Source: Octopus vulgaris
Taxonomy: Eukaryota
Direction of reading: 5' to 3'
NCBI GenBank assembly: GCA_951406725.2
Contig: OX597829.1
Coordinates: 13,888,001-13,952,000 of the forward strand
DNA: 64,000 bases
Under the pieces are notes generated by a model. The model searched no databases, was not told the DNA's origin, and worked only from the letters and a program-made list of their open reading frames with translations. Shown piece after piece: positions 28,690 to 41,662 of the stretch. A program made the position numbers and the translations under genes. The number at the start of each line of letters is the position of its first letter. Positions within the stretch are counted from its first letter, which is position 1.

Positions 28690-29250
28690 TATGACTTCAG
28701 TGCATTCGTTGTAGCATCCCAGTCACTTCGTGAAGGCTGCCATGGAAGTCGTCCAAAATGAAGATGTCCAGGACACCTGTCACAGCCTCCTTCATGTGCT
28801 TCAGCGTGAGTAACAACCAAATATTTCAGGCTGCAAAATCTGAATTGTAGGGAGAGTGAGGATCGGTTAGTTGGTTACTAGGGAGGAAATGTGAATTGGT
28901 GCAAAACAAAGTATTATTTTTGACCGTTTAGCCAGAGGAAACTCACTGGATGTAGATGAAGCCCTTGCTTTCGAAAGAAAAGGACATCATAAGCTTCCCA
29001 GTGGACTTGCTTTGCCTCCTTCTTTTGCTCGCGAAAAATAGATATTCGGCTCATACAAACTAATCTATATTCAGTCTGGAGCACTTCATAAGTTTCAGTA
29101 GCGTTTTTACCAAGTTAAACACAAAACTTTATTGCATAGTGATCTTACAAATTTTCTTCGTGTCCCGACTGCATTCTGAAAATTACTCATCTGTGACACG
29201 CTGCTTTAGTTTAGTAAGTGCTGTTATATCCGTCTTCTTCAATCTGGAAT
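28690..29250 (-). mobile_element. Highly degenerate mariner-like transposon relic
   Basis: Remnant transposase-like sequence on minus strand (tcctcactctccctacaattcagattttgcagcc, PHxPYSxDLAP-like). Confidence 0.45.
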
Positions 29251-29476
29251 TACAAAACTTGGTAAGTCGGTTTATAAGATGAACAGCAATGATAAGAGAA
29301 AATGCAATATTGGCACAGAGAGACTGCGTCGCCTAAAAATATTTCAAAATTCCTACAATGCACCTGGAATATGTACATGAGCAAGTGTGTATGTAAGTAT
29401 ATACACACATATATGAATATATATGTATATATAAATATACATGTGTGTGTGTGCATTTGCGTTTGGAAGAAGATTT

Positions 29477-29509
<33 letters not shown>

Positions 29510-29510
<1 letters not shown>

Positions 29511-30224
29511 TAATTTACATTATTTACAATTGAGGGATATTTGTCCTCATCTTGTTTATTGTTAACACAACGTTTCGGCTGATATACCCTCCAAGGTGTC
29601 TTGGGGTAATTTCTCATTTCTAAGGTATTTTCCGATGTTATTATTATTATTATTATTATTGAGTGAGAGAGCAATTCATGCCATCAAAGTGACACTGGGG
29701 TAAAATATATAAAGCCAAGTATACCCATCATGACTACCCGTCTGATAAAGGTACACTAGGCACATGCATCACAACCATGTATGCGCGACATGGTGATCTC
29801 ATATCAAGATGAACAGCACATGATCTTGCAGGTGGGGCCCAGTTAGAATTTTCTTCTGGTCGAGTAACCCATCCTGCTCAAAAAGTCCTTAAATAAGGAT
29901 TGTTTAAGGATGTTGAAAGAAACACCCATGTTTCCAGATGTGAATTATTCAAACCCCAAAGAATCCCTCTCAACACATGGCTATGATGCTCCCCCACTAC
30001 TTCTGCTCGTGATCAGAGATGCACATATCGTCAGCCACTAAGGGACATGCTCAACTGGTTAAGGTCAAACAACTGACAAGCAAATCTGTGGTATTCAGCA
30101 GAATATTTGCTGTAGCCCATCTTTTATTATTATTATTATTATTATTATTTAGGTCACTGCCTGGAATCGAACTCAGAATCTTGGTGTTAGTAGCTCGCGC
30201 TCTTAACCACTAAGCCATATGCCC
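29510..30224 (-). mobile_element. Composite tRNA-head + (TAA)n + hammerhead SINE-like element, interrupted by an insertion
   Basis: Head 30149-30224 (minus): GGGCATATGGCTTAGTGG...GAGTTCGATTCC; body 29510-29637 ends GACAC-CT(del)...CAGCC-GAA-AC-GT-T-GTGTT. Confidence 0.75.
29661..30124 (-). mobile_element. Non-coding element inserted in a (TAA)n tract
   Basis: ~460-bp block bounded on both sides by (TTA)n, splitting the composite SINE. Confidence 0.6.
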
Positions 30225-30272
30225 GGGGGTATGTGGCGCAGTGGTTATAATAATAATAATAATAATAATAAT

Positions 30273-30364
<92 letters not shown>

Positions 30365-30504
30365 TAATAATAATAATAAAGATAATGATGATGATAATAA
30401 TAATAATAACAACAACAACAACAACAACAACAACATAGAAAAATACCTTAAGAATGAGAACTCAGGTTCGAAATTTTCCCAAGACACCTGATGAAGGCTG
30501 GAGG
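30225..30504 (+). mobile_element. Inverted partial copy of the composite tRNA/(AAT)n/HHR element
   Basis: gggggtatgtggcgcagtggtta + expanded (AAT)n + catagaaaaataccttaagaatgagaa...GACAC-CTGATGA-A-GGCTG. Confidence 0.75.
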
Positions 30505-31341
30505 TTTACATTTGGGGTCGTACGTGAGAACCCCGTGATACCTATTGACTCATGTAATGAAAGCCAAAAGGCATGACATGGCCAAAAAAATGTTGCGATA
30601 CCTGAAGCACAATGGACAAACCGTCAAAATCTTTTCAGATGATAATATCTTAACCTTTGATGTTGTTTTCAAACGTCGTAATGATGGATACATTGCTAAG
30701 TGACCTTCTAAAGTTAAAGGCGTCTTTAAGACCAACCTCCTAGCTCAAGTCATGATACTGGGAGACGTGGCATCTGACGGAAAAAAGATGCCTCTCCATT
30801 TTTTTCAAGTCTGAAGAAAAGGTGAGGGCTGACGGTTATTATGAAGTCCAGCGGTATAAGGTTTTGCCTTAGCTGAAGTCTAAATACCAACGGTAATTAT
30901 GTGTGGACCCAAGATAGTTCTCCTGCTCATACGGCGAAGTAAGTGCAGAAATTCTGCGAAGATAATTTCGCCGATTTTTGGCATGTCAACTTCTAGCTTT
31001 CTTCCAGCCAAGACTTGAACTCCCTGGACTATGTCATATGGGTCAAATTGGAGCATTTTACCGATATAACTTCGCATCCCAGTCTTGATCATTTTAAGCA
31101 AACCCTGAAGGAAGAGTGAGACAACATGTTTGAGTACTTCATAATGAAGAGTTATGACGCCTTCAGCTGGTGTATGACGGTTGTGGTGGATAATGAAGGC
31201 AGGCATATTGAATAAATTCTCTCTTTATAACCCCAATATACTTGTTTTAAAACTATATTTATGTCAGGTTGCTGGTTGTTGAAATGTAAACAATTTCGTG
31301 AATTATGTATTATTTTCTAAGTTTTGCTTCCCCACCCTGTA
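30505..31341 (+). mobile_element. Tc1/mariner-superfamily transposase relic with right end
   Basis: VMILGDVASDGKKMPLHFF, QD..PAHTAK, PSSQDLNSLDY; terminus cccaccctg-TA. Confidence 0.8.
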
Positions 31342-31377
31342 AATATAAATATATATATATATATATATTTTTTTTTT

Positions 31378-32139
31378 AATGTAGGATAAAATTTTTTCGA
31401 AAAAGAATTTTATCAATGGCCAGCATATTAAAAAATACCTTTAAAGGTTAAAATTATAAACAACTTGTAAATAAGAGCAAACGAAAAAATTTCTAATGCC
31501 AAATATGCCGAAAATTGGACAAATTGTCCATTATCATATAATTTTTCACAATACGCACGCTACTCGAAAAAAAGCCGACAGAAATTTCTAAAAAGTTCCA
31601 TTATTACCATATCGGACCGATTTCAGGGTTAGTTCGTAAGAACCCTCCCTTCGTCAGTGATAAACGTAGTAAAGAAATAAATGAGATACTTACTCATACC
31701 CATGGAAGAAGCAAAATACTAAGTCATGAGCACAATTAAGTACCCCAAATACATCCAAAATAGAAATACTCCAGCCCATTCAAGACACGTGCGATTTGAA
31801 CTGAGGCTCTCACAGAGTCAGAGATTCCGGAAGTGAACACTTAAATTTATATTTAATATAGGATAAAATTTTTTCGAAAAATCTTTTATCAATGGCCAGC
31901 ATATTAAAAAATGCCTTTCAAGGTTAAAATTATAAACAACTTATAAATAAGGGCAAACGAAAACATTTCTAATGCCAAATATGCCGAAAAATTGAACATA
32001 TTGTCCATTAACCATATACTTTTTCACAATACGCACGCTACTCGAAAAAAAGCCGACAGAAATTTCTAAAAAGCTCCATTATTACCATATCGGACAGATT
32101 TCAGGGTTAGAAATGTTTTCGTTTGTCCTTATTTATAAG

Positions 32140-32141
<2 letters not shown>
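31378..32141 (-). repeat. ~477-nt non-coding tandem unit (1.5 copies) with one HHR per unit and a terminal inversion (retrozyme-like)
   Basis: aggataaaa at 31383 and 31860; inverted piece ~32107-32141; same family as 61668-62478. Confidence 0.85.
31610..31662 (-). ncRNA. Minimal type I hammerhead ribozyme
   Basis: TATCA-CTGACGA-AGGG...CCCT-GAA-ATCGGT-C-CGATA; GUC triplet, quasi-palindromic stem III, A.C mismatch closing stem I. Confidence 0.75.
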
Positions 32142-32230
<89 letters not shown>

Positions 32231-32244
32231 ATAGATAAAACTTA

Positions 32245-32862
32245 GATATGTTTCGACCAAAGATTGGTCCAGGCCATGTCTAACTTAATAGCACCACCTA
32301 ATAGGATTATCTGAATCCTGTTTAAGTCAAGTTTTGTTTATGGTCCATTCAAGTAGTAAGTTTTTGTTGGGTGAGTTGTATCCAATTATGGGTGGCTTAT
32401 CTGGTATTCCTTGAAGGAATCTATCCAGACTCCGTTTGAAATTGATGGGATCCTTTTCCTCTTTGATCTCTTTCGGGACAATGTTAAATAGGGCAGGGCC
32501 TGTTGAGGAAAAGAAATTATGTTGCAGTGTACATGTATGCTGTGATCTTGAATTGGGCAGGGGACGTATGGCCCGTGGTCCCAGTCTTGGATGAACCTTG
32601 AAGCTAATGTTCAGGTCGTTTGGGCAAAGTTGGCGGTATATTCTCCACATCGTACAAATGATGTACCGCTCACGGCGACGCTGGAGAGAGTAGAGTTTCA
32701 AGGCTTTAAGGCAGTCCCAATAATGAGAGCATCCATGCCTTCAATTCGTTTAGTGAGTGCCTTCTGGGGTGATTCAATCCTCGAGATGTTTTGTCTTGTA
32801 TGGGGAGACCACAGTGGGCAGCAGTATTCGAGGTGTGGCCGTACAAAGGAGGAGAAAAGTGG
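32245..32862 (-). mobile_element. CR1-group LINE 3' fragment
   Basis: FVRPHLEYCCPLWSP, LKLYSLQRRRERY, GPALFNIVPKEI, FKRSLDRFL..IPD.P. Confidence 0.85.
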
Positions 32863-33387
32863 TATATATATATATATGAATGTGTGTGTATGTGTAGGTA
32901 GATAGATATACACATATATTTATGTATATATACATATATACATACATAATTGATGTGATCTTAAAGTTATGCATTTACAAGGACGTTACAAGATGAAGAA
33001 AGAAATAAAAGCCATCTTAAAATAAATATTATTTACACTTTATATTCTTCTTAGTTATGATACAGTTATTAATACGACAGTAATTTCTGTATGTCAGCGA
33101 TGATACTGAATTAAATAAGACAATGCTGGAACCTTCTAAAATAATGGTGATTGAATGACTACGATTCATGCATGAGAAACGTAAAAAATGCTAGTAAAGG
33201 TAAAAAATGCTAGGTCATTCAATAAAGCATTTATAAATTCAAACTTGATGAGTTAAATCTCGCGGAGATAGTTAAATATAATAGGCAAAGGCCCTCGATA
33301 AACAACAGATGCCTAGATTGACCTATATATCGGTTTAGTTCACATTTTATTTCTTAGACCTTAGTCAGTTTGGGTGCGCGCTATGTC

Positions 33388-33438
<51 letters not shown>

Positions 33439-33466
33439 TATATATATATATATACTATATCTACTT

Positions 33467-33469
<3 letters not shown>

Positions 33470-33508
<39 letters not shown>

Positions 33509-34591
33509 GAAATATAATATAAAAAGAAATTATAAAATACACGTGGAAATGTAAGGGTAAAATATGAAAAATTAACGAAAATGCACATTGCAAATAGAAA
33601 AAGGCTATTTATGACAGGTATCGACAAATATATACATTTAGACTCACTGAGGTAGTAATACGAGTCATAAAAGTCAGTATTATGAGATGATAATAAGTTG
33701 ATAATAAAGTAAGAGAGCAAAACGAACCAGTGGTTTACGCAAATCTATTCCTCGTTTGAAAAACACCGGCTAATATACGGTGTCAGGTCTAATAGCTCCT
33801 GAGAAAAAAGATTATTTGTAACGGAGGTAAGTAGGTCTGGATTATTTGTAAGGGAGGTAAGTAGTTCTGGATTTAGGGATGTGAATGGTGTAGGAAGTGT
33901 ATAAGGGTTAGTGGTTTCAATTGAAGAGTTAGTGGTGTTCTGTATTGAGTTGTGTCTTCATATTTAGTTGGGAGAGAAATTTATTGATGAAAATGCCTCT
34001 TTATTCAACCTTTGTTGCATTGTGGTGTTCTGTGAACATTGGTAAAAGGGAAATATTTGGAAATTGGGATTAAGATTCCTGGCGCATCTTTCTATGTGTT
34101 CACTCACCTTTAACTGTCTTTATTGTGGGTGGCGGATTTGCTCTTTGTGAATGGGGATTCTTTGACAGAGAGAAATTCCTGTTTGTCCAATATAGAGTTT
34201 ACCACATCCTATGTATGTCATGACATAGATTACATTTACTGAGGCGCAGGTGAAATTTGATTTGATCTTAAATATTTCTCCTTGTTTGAATTGGAATTCT
34301 GAACCCTCCAGAAGGTTGGGGCATGTTCCACAGTTAGAACGTCCACATTTTGTCACTTTTGGCTCTGTTGTTAGTGGATACTCTTTTACTCTTTTACTTG
34401 TTTCAGTCATTTGACTGCGGCCATGCTGGAGCACCGCCTTTAGTCGGGCAAATCGACCCCGGGACTTATTCTTTGTCAGCCCAGTACTTATTCTATCGGT
34501 CTCTTTTGCCGAACCGCTAAGTGACGGGGACGTAAACACACACCAGCATCGGTTGTCAAGCAATGCTAGGGGGACAAACACAGACACACAA

Positions 34592-34654
<63 letters not shown>

Positions 34655-36175
34655 CATATATACGACAGGCTTCTTTCAGTTTCCGTCTACCAAATCCACT
34701 CTATAGCAGAAGACACTTGCCCAAGATGCCACGCAGTGGGATTGAACCCAGAACCATGTGGTTGGTTAGCAAGCTACTTACCACACAGCCAGTCTAGCGC
34801 TGGTTAATATTTTTTTCAGTGACTTCTGTTGCTTTTTGCTTTTTATAATTTTATATGAGCTTAAGATTTCGTTCATTGTTTTGTCTGCTGTGAGGAAGGT
34901 TTTGGGTGATGATGTTGAAGGCTTCGTTGTTTCTGGGGTTATGTGTGGAAATGTACGGGAGTATTTTTAAGTCTTGTTTAGTATTTCAGCTAGTTTTCCT
35001 TAACATTTGTATATCTATTTCCTTAGTTCTTTTGATGCCTTCTTTTACTAATGAGATTGGGTAATGTCTTTTAGTTAGTGTAGATCTAAGTTCAAGGAAT
35101 CTATGTTCTCGAGTGTATGTATCGGAAACTATGATGCAGATTCTTTTTGCTAGGTTAAAGGGTATGTTGATTTTTATGTGTTTGGGGTGGCAGGAGTTAA
35201 ATAATAGGTATTGTTTAGAATCTGTGGGTTTATAAAAGATGTCTCTTTCTATGTGGTTGTTAACTATTCTAATTAAGATGTCTAGAAAAGGGAGTTACTT
35301 ACTGTTGTGTTCCATAGTGAATTGTATATTGCTGTGTATGTTGTTGAGCATTCTTTTGAAATCAAGGAGTTGATCCATGCTGTCTTTCCAAAGTATGAAG
35401 CAATCATCTAAATATCTCTTCCAGTTCTCCTTTAAGTAGCAATTAAAAGAGGCGCCATATTTTTCTAGTGATGATTGGTATAACTTGAGTTCGTGGTAAC
35501 CCATTACGAGGTTTGCAACCACTGGAGCAGCTCTGGGGCCCATTGCAATACCGCATTTTTGTCGATAGTATGTAGTATCGAACAAGAAGTGATTGTTCAG
35601 CAGTACGAATTTCAATGCTTCAATTATAAAATTGTGGTTAATTCGTCCTGGGATCTCTTCTGGGTATTTTTCTAGCCAAAATGTGATTGCTTCTATACCA
35701 TAGTCGTGTGGGATATTGGTGTATAGATTCACCACATCGAAAGATACCAGTAGTATTCCGTCCTTTACTGTCTTCGGGGGGGGGGGGTTCAGCATGTCTA
35801 GGTGATCCCTGATAAAACTTTTCACATATTTTAAAAGAGGTTTGAGTAATATGTCGAGGAAGTTGCTCAAACGGTGGGTTTCACAAGAAGGGCCAGCTAT
35901 GATGGGTCTGAGTTTGAGGTCAGTAGGGGGAGGGACATTAAGGCATAGGCTTCTAGAGACTTTGCAGGCTTCACAAATGTGTGGATTTTTATGTATTTTG
36001 GGTAATCCGTAGAATAGACTAGGACTGTATTTGAAATTGGATAAATAGTCTATTTCATGTTTAGTGAGACCTTTTCCATGAATTTTGAGTAAGGAGGATA
36101 AGTTTTTCAGTGTTTTCTGTGGGTTGTAATATGTTAGTTTCTCGTAGTAAGTATTATTTTCCAACATGGAAAGTA
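33470..36175 (-). mobile_element. Penelope-like element (Neptune-like), RT + Cys motif + GIY-YIG, 5' truncated
   Basis: FYGLPKIHK, LRPII, SFDVVNLYTNIP, GIAMG, WKRYLDDCF, IQFTME; KCGRSNCGTC; NVIYVMT..GCGKLYIGQTG. Confidence 0.9.
34378..34793 (-). mobile_element. Full-length tRNA-derived SINE family 1 inserted in the PLE
   Basis: A box TGGCTGTGTGG, B box GGGTTCAATCCC, internal TA/TG tract, tail gcatggccgcagtcaaatgactgaaacaagtaaaagagtaaaagagta. Confidence 0.9.
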
Positions 36176-36432
36176 TTATATATATATATATAACAGAATA
36201 CAAAAATGGAACAAGAACGCAACAGGCGACTACAAAACATCCAGACAGTTAGACGATACAAAAGGGGAGAAGAAGAAACAAGAACGGGCCATTCGGACTT
36301 TTCTATATATATGCTATTATCATTTTAATTGTTACACTAGATAATAATAGAGTCAATATCTTCGCAAGTATTTTCTTCTGAATCATTTGCTCCGTATATA
36401 TATGTGTGTGTATGTGTGTATGTGTGTAAGTG

Positions 36433-36464
<32 letters not shown>

Positions 36465-36496
36465 TGTGAGTGTTTACATGTGTATGTATATATACT

Positions 36497-37487
36497 TAAT
36501 CCAGTGCTGTTTCCATTGAGGAAGCATTCCTGGAACTCATTTTCTGGATAATCAGCCGCTACATCGTCGCATTCACTTTAATTTCCTCCTGGAGTTTTCT
36601 TTTTACGTAGAAAAGAGGAAAAAGTCGCAAGGGGGAGATCTGGGGAATACAGTGGCTGTCGGACCTGAGGGGTGCATGTCTAGGCAAAAACACCTATATA
36701 AGCTGCGCTGAATATGCAGGTTCGTTGTCATGGTGAAATTGCTTCTCACCGCACACATGCAACTGTAGCTCTTGCCCGACGAACAGTATCCCGCAAACGC
36801 CGTAAAAAGTCACTTGTTCACTGTCTGACCGGGTGGCGCGTACTCATGATGATATCCTAGTCGAAGAAAACGGTCAACAGTGTCTCCACATAGCTTCGGT
36901 CTCGGAGAGGGTGAGCTCTTCCACTGCGAAGACTGATCCTTTGTTTCGGGATAATAGCCATAGACCCACGATTCATCATCTGTTATGACCGTTTTCAAAA
37001 AGTTTTCATTTTTCTCGACACACTCAAGATCTTTAGTGATAATGGACTGAACTGAACCGTAACTAATCTGCACGCCCTCTAGAAACTCACGGATGGTGAT
37101 TCACCGATTTCCCCTCCCAGCTACATGCATATCTGCGATGCTTTTCTCAGTTCTGCTGCTTTCGAGTCTCCCGGAACGTTCGTCAATATCAACATTTTTT
37201 CAGCTCATACACTCCTCTCAATACACCTTTTGCAAGTTTGCGTCGGCCTCTGAGCAGGTATCATCAAGCTTTTCGCAAAATTTGTTGCAGATACTCTGCT
37301 TAACTTTCTCTGTCATGGTCAATGCGATGATCACACGCTACGCACAGAGGAAGGACGCTAAAACGTTAAATCTTAGTGCACATGCACTGCAGAGTTCAAG
37401 GTTAATCTGTGCCAAACCGTTTGACTCCGAGTGCTTTAGCTTCACTACTATGGCAAGAGTCTGGATATTTATTGATCAGACCTTGTA
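36497..37487 (-). mobile_element. Mariner transposase relic with left terminus
   Basis: FLKTVITDDESWVYGYYPETKDQSSQWKS; minus-strand end TA-caaggtctgatcaataaatatccagact. Confidence 0.85.
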
Positions 37488-37603
37488 TATGTACGTGCGA
37501 ATATGTGTGCGCACGCGTGTATGTATGTATTTGTTTAATCATACATTTATAGGTATGTATACATGCATATACACATAAGTCGAACGTGCAAATATATGTA
37601 CAT

Positions 37604-37665
<62 letters not shown>

Positions 37666-37667
37666 TA

Positions 37668-37698
<31 letters not shown>

Positions 37699-37703
37699 TA
37701 ATG

Positions 37704-37797
<94 letters not shown>

Positions 37798-37798
<1 letters not shown>

Positions 37799-38742
37799 CT
37801 GATATGCTAAATAGTACTGGATGCGGATATAAATGTTACGGCAAAACGATCAGCCACCTTTTATATATGGATGACCTAAAACTATATGCTGCAAATGACA
37901 AACAGCTGGAAACACTACTAAAGACAGTTCATGGATTTATCAAAGAAATAGATATGAAATTTAGATTAGAAAAATGCGCCAAAGTAACCCTGAAAAGAGG
38001 AAGACTAGTTAAGAGTAGTAACATCACACTAGATAAAACCAATGAAATAAAAGAATTAGACCAAAGCCAAACTTACAAATACTTAGAAATCCATGAACTA
38101 GATAAGACACAACACACACAAATGAAAGAGAAAATAAAAAAAGAATATTATAGACGAGTTAGATCAATACTAAAAACAGAGCTCAATGCTAACAACAAGA
38201 TAATAGCTATTAACACTTTAGCTGTCCCAGTTATAAGTTACAGCTACAATATCCTTAACTAGGAAAACAAGAAAATAATGACAGGATCTAGGATGCATCA
38301 CCCAAAATCTGACATAGAAAGGCTATATATACAACAGACCAGATATAGTTGTCAGAGATCAGGAAGAAAAAAAATGCTTTCTAATTGATGTATCAATACC
38401 AGCATATGACAACGTGTCTCTAAAAGAAATAGAGAAGCTTTCAAAATACAAAGACCTGGAAATAGAGGTAACCAGAATGTGGAATCTAAAAACAGAAACA
38501 ATTCCTATCATAGTAGGTGCATTAGGTATGATAAAAAAATATTCAGACAAATACATAACAAAAACACCAGGACTTACAAACACATATAACATACAGAAAA
38601 TTGCACTACTAGGCACTGCACACATCCTACGCAGAGCACTTTCAATACAGTAACCATCAGAGCACCACAACTCACAGCACATACCCAAGGCACACAGAGC
38701 TGCACTCGGTAGTGAAGTGAAAACACGATATAAAAAAATACT
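37798..38742 (+). mobile_element. R4/Dong-clade RLE non-LTR retrotransposon, 5' truncated and internally deleted, in (AAT)n
   Basis: ISHLLYMDDLKLYA, YKYLEI, NKIIAINTLAVPV; RPDIVV...LIDVSIP...KEIEKLSKYKDL..GALG (restriction-like endonuclease); (AAT)n at 37606-37797 and from 38743. Confidence 0.88.
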
Positions 38743-38750
38743 GAATAATA

Positions 38751-38878
<128 letters not shown>

Positions 38879-38980
38879 AATAATAATATGACAACAAAAG
38901 AATGTATGAGACCTCGATATTATGTAGATAGAGGAATTCATCTATAAATATATAATTTAAGGCAGTCAGTTAGTTGCCAT

Positions 38981-39072
38981 AATTATACTCAGAGTTTCAG
39001 ATGCCGGGGCTAAAAGACATCCTCCTTGGTTATTAGGAGGATGTCCTTTAGGCCCGGCATCTGAAACTCTGA
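38981..39072. repeat. Hairpin palindrome built from a degenerate hammerhead
   Basis: Arms 38989-39026 and 39035-39072; minus strand reads AATAA-CCAAGGA-GGATG...CATCT-GAA-ACTC-T-GAGT-A-TAATT. Confidence 0.75.
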
Positions 39073-39107
39073 CGACTAACTGATTGACGTGTATTATATA
39101 TATATAT

Positions 39108-39152
<45 letters not shown>

Positions 39153-40661
39153 ATGATGATGATGATGACGACGCTGTCGACGACGACGCTGTCGACGACG
39201 ACGAAAAAGATGAGGTGAAGGAGGAGGGACAGGAGAATCAAGAGAAACAGTAGGAGGAAGAGGGAGAAAGAAGAAGAAGAAGAAGAAGAAGAGGGGGAGC
39301 GGAGGAGGTGGAAGAGGTACAGCAGCAATAACAGCAGGAAGAGGAGGAGAAGGAGGAGGAAAGGGAACAGGAAAAAATGTAGATTGAGAAATATACATGT
39401 GCAAATGGAAAAGTGTGTGCGTGTGTGTGTTTGTGTGGTACATGTATGTAGGCGTGTTGTTTTGTGTGTATGACCGCGATTTTACTATTTCCCAACAGTG
39501 CAGAAAGCTTAGAGAAGTTAGTCACACAAACTCCATTTCACATTTTCTATTTGCATTGACTACATTTAATATTCTGATAAATTGTAGAAGTGATTCTCTA
39601 CAGCATTGGCATGAGAGAATAAATTCATATTTCAATGTACTGTCTGGAGAAAATGTTCCTGAAACATTAGTTTCTATAATACAATCTGAACCAATTCTGT
39701 TCACAAAAGAATATTAATGTAAGCTGCATTAGTGGGGTATTTTTTATTCAGTATTTTTATTATAAGTGTTTTTTTTTTATTTTTCTTGTTCAGGATTCTT
39801 AAGCCTTCCTGATGATATTGATTGGTGTGTGGGGTGTATATATACATACACATATACACATATATACCTATATACATATATGCATATAAAGACACACATA
39901 CACACATATATACGCCCATTTTTCTTCTAATTATATATATATATACATACACACACACACATATATATATATATATACCCTTTTTTCTTGCAATTATATA
40001 TATATAATATATACACGCATAAACATAAAACCATATACATATACATACGCATATATGTATGCATATACGTATACATAACCAAAAGCCCACAGACATACAT
40101 TGATACAATTATGCGCACATATTTTCACCCTTTGTACACTTTTACCAGAATAAATATTTAGATACACACATACGCGTGAACATTAAATACGTACATACAT
40201 TGATGTACATACATACACATAAATGTGTGTGTGTGCGTGCGTGCGCACGTGTGTGCGTGTGTGTGTGCGTGAGTGTGTGTGTGTGATGAAGAGTGACCGA
40301 AATTGAACATGAGAATGCAAGACTCATCCTACTCACAATTGGTGTCTCAGCCTGAAATGGTACCCACACCCAGGATCACTGGGCATATGGATACCTGACC
40401 ACTCGGGTATAGGTTAGTCAGAATTAAGTGGTACAAAACAAGGGAGCTAACCAAGATTAATGGCCTGGATGCAGCCTGTCCCCATGGATTTTTAAGGAGG
40501 TCAGGGCCGAAATATTTGCATATGGTTTTGAGACTTCTTTGCTGAAGATCTCCTTGCTTTTCAGCTCCTAGATTTTCTCGCCAAATAGATACATACATAC
40601 AGACAGACAGACAGATGTACAGATGCATATACTGTGTGTGGGGAGGGGAGCATGTGTGTGT

Positions 40662-40905
40662 GTGGAGGAATGTGGCTTGGTTGTTAGGGTGTTGGACTCA
40701 CGATCGTAAAATTGTTGTTTCGATTCCTGGACTGGGCGATGCGTTCTGTTCTTGAGCAAAACACTTCATTTCACATGGCTCCAGTTCATTCAGCTGGCAA
40801 AAATGAGTAATCCCGCGACGGAGCGGCGTCCCGTCCAGTTGGGGAACATATACGCCATTGAAACAGGGAATCGGGCTCGAATGAGGCTGGCATGACTCAT
40901 TCGAA
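40662..40905 (+). mobile_element. tRNA-derived SINE (same family as 722-871)
   Basis: tgtggcttggttgttagg...gtttcgattcctgg; cttgagcaaaacacttcatttcac; cccgcgacggagcggcgtcccgtccag. Confidence 0.75.
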
Positions 40906-41012
40906 GGAAATATTATTTTTTATACACACACACAGACGCACGCACGCACACATGCACGCACACACACACGCAGACATTCACGCACAGGCACAAACATAAT
41001 GTATATATATAT

Positions 41013-41140
41013 GACTGTGAAGAAGCTTACTTCCCAACTAAATGTTTCCGAGTTCAGTCCCACTGCATGACACCTTGGGCAAGTATCATCTATTATCATC
41101 TCGGGCCAACCAAAGCCTTGAGAGTGAATTTGGTAGTTGG
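41013..41140 (+). mobile_element. SINE family 1, 5' half
   Basis: gagttcagtcccactgcatgacaccttgggcaagt...gggccaaccaaagccttgagagtgaatttggtag. Confidence 0.75.
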
Positions 41141-41310
41141 AATTTACAAAAACAAAAAACAAAGAGGACGACGGATGTGCAATCAACAAACTGATGTATT
41201 TGTTTAACGTTCGGGAAGTGAGAAGGTCTTTTATGTGTCAAGCCCATGCTCTTCAACAGAAAGGAACACGGGAAAACAGAGAGAATAAAAAAGCTTTTGT
41301 GGCTAGCGGT
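41137..41310 (-). repeat. Degenerate copy of the 6388-6565 HHR repeat
   Basis: Minus strand CTTT-CTGTTGA-A-GAGC atgg GCTT-GACAC...AAAAGA. Confidence 0.6.
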
Positions 41311-41399
41311 CAATCATGGAGATAGATAGATAGATATAGATAAATGTGGTTATATATATGTGTGTGCGTGTATATGTGTATGCATATACATATTAACAC

Positions 41400-41440
<41 letters not shown>

Positions 41441-41502
41441 CATACACGCACACATGTTTACATATATATATATATACCCACACATACACACACACACACA
41501 CA

Positions 41503-41606
41503 TAGCGTTAGATAGTTTCTTTAACATTATATTGTGGTCGACTCTGTCAATGGCCTTGCTGAAATCAAGGTATTTGACATCCGCGTTGGAGCCCTCAGTG
41601 CATTTA

Positions 41607-41610
<4 letters not shown>
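41503..41610 (-). mobile_element. CR1-group RT fragment
   Basis: EGSNADVKYLDFSKAIDRVDHNIMLKKL. Confidence 0.75.

Positions 41611-41659
<49 letters not shown>

Positions 41660-41662
<3 letters not shown>

Noticed and set aside
30149-30224. Possible tRNA gene
   Set aside because: Acceptor and anticodon stems pair poorly and the sequence continues into a repeat body; treated as a SINE head.
33720-33795. Remnant hammerhead in the Neptune-like pLTR (ACCACTGGT stem III)
   Set aside because: Core too degenerate (CTGACAC, TAAA) to call.
39805-39825. CTGATGA match
   Set aside because: No stem II/GAAA follows; consistent with chance.
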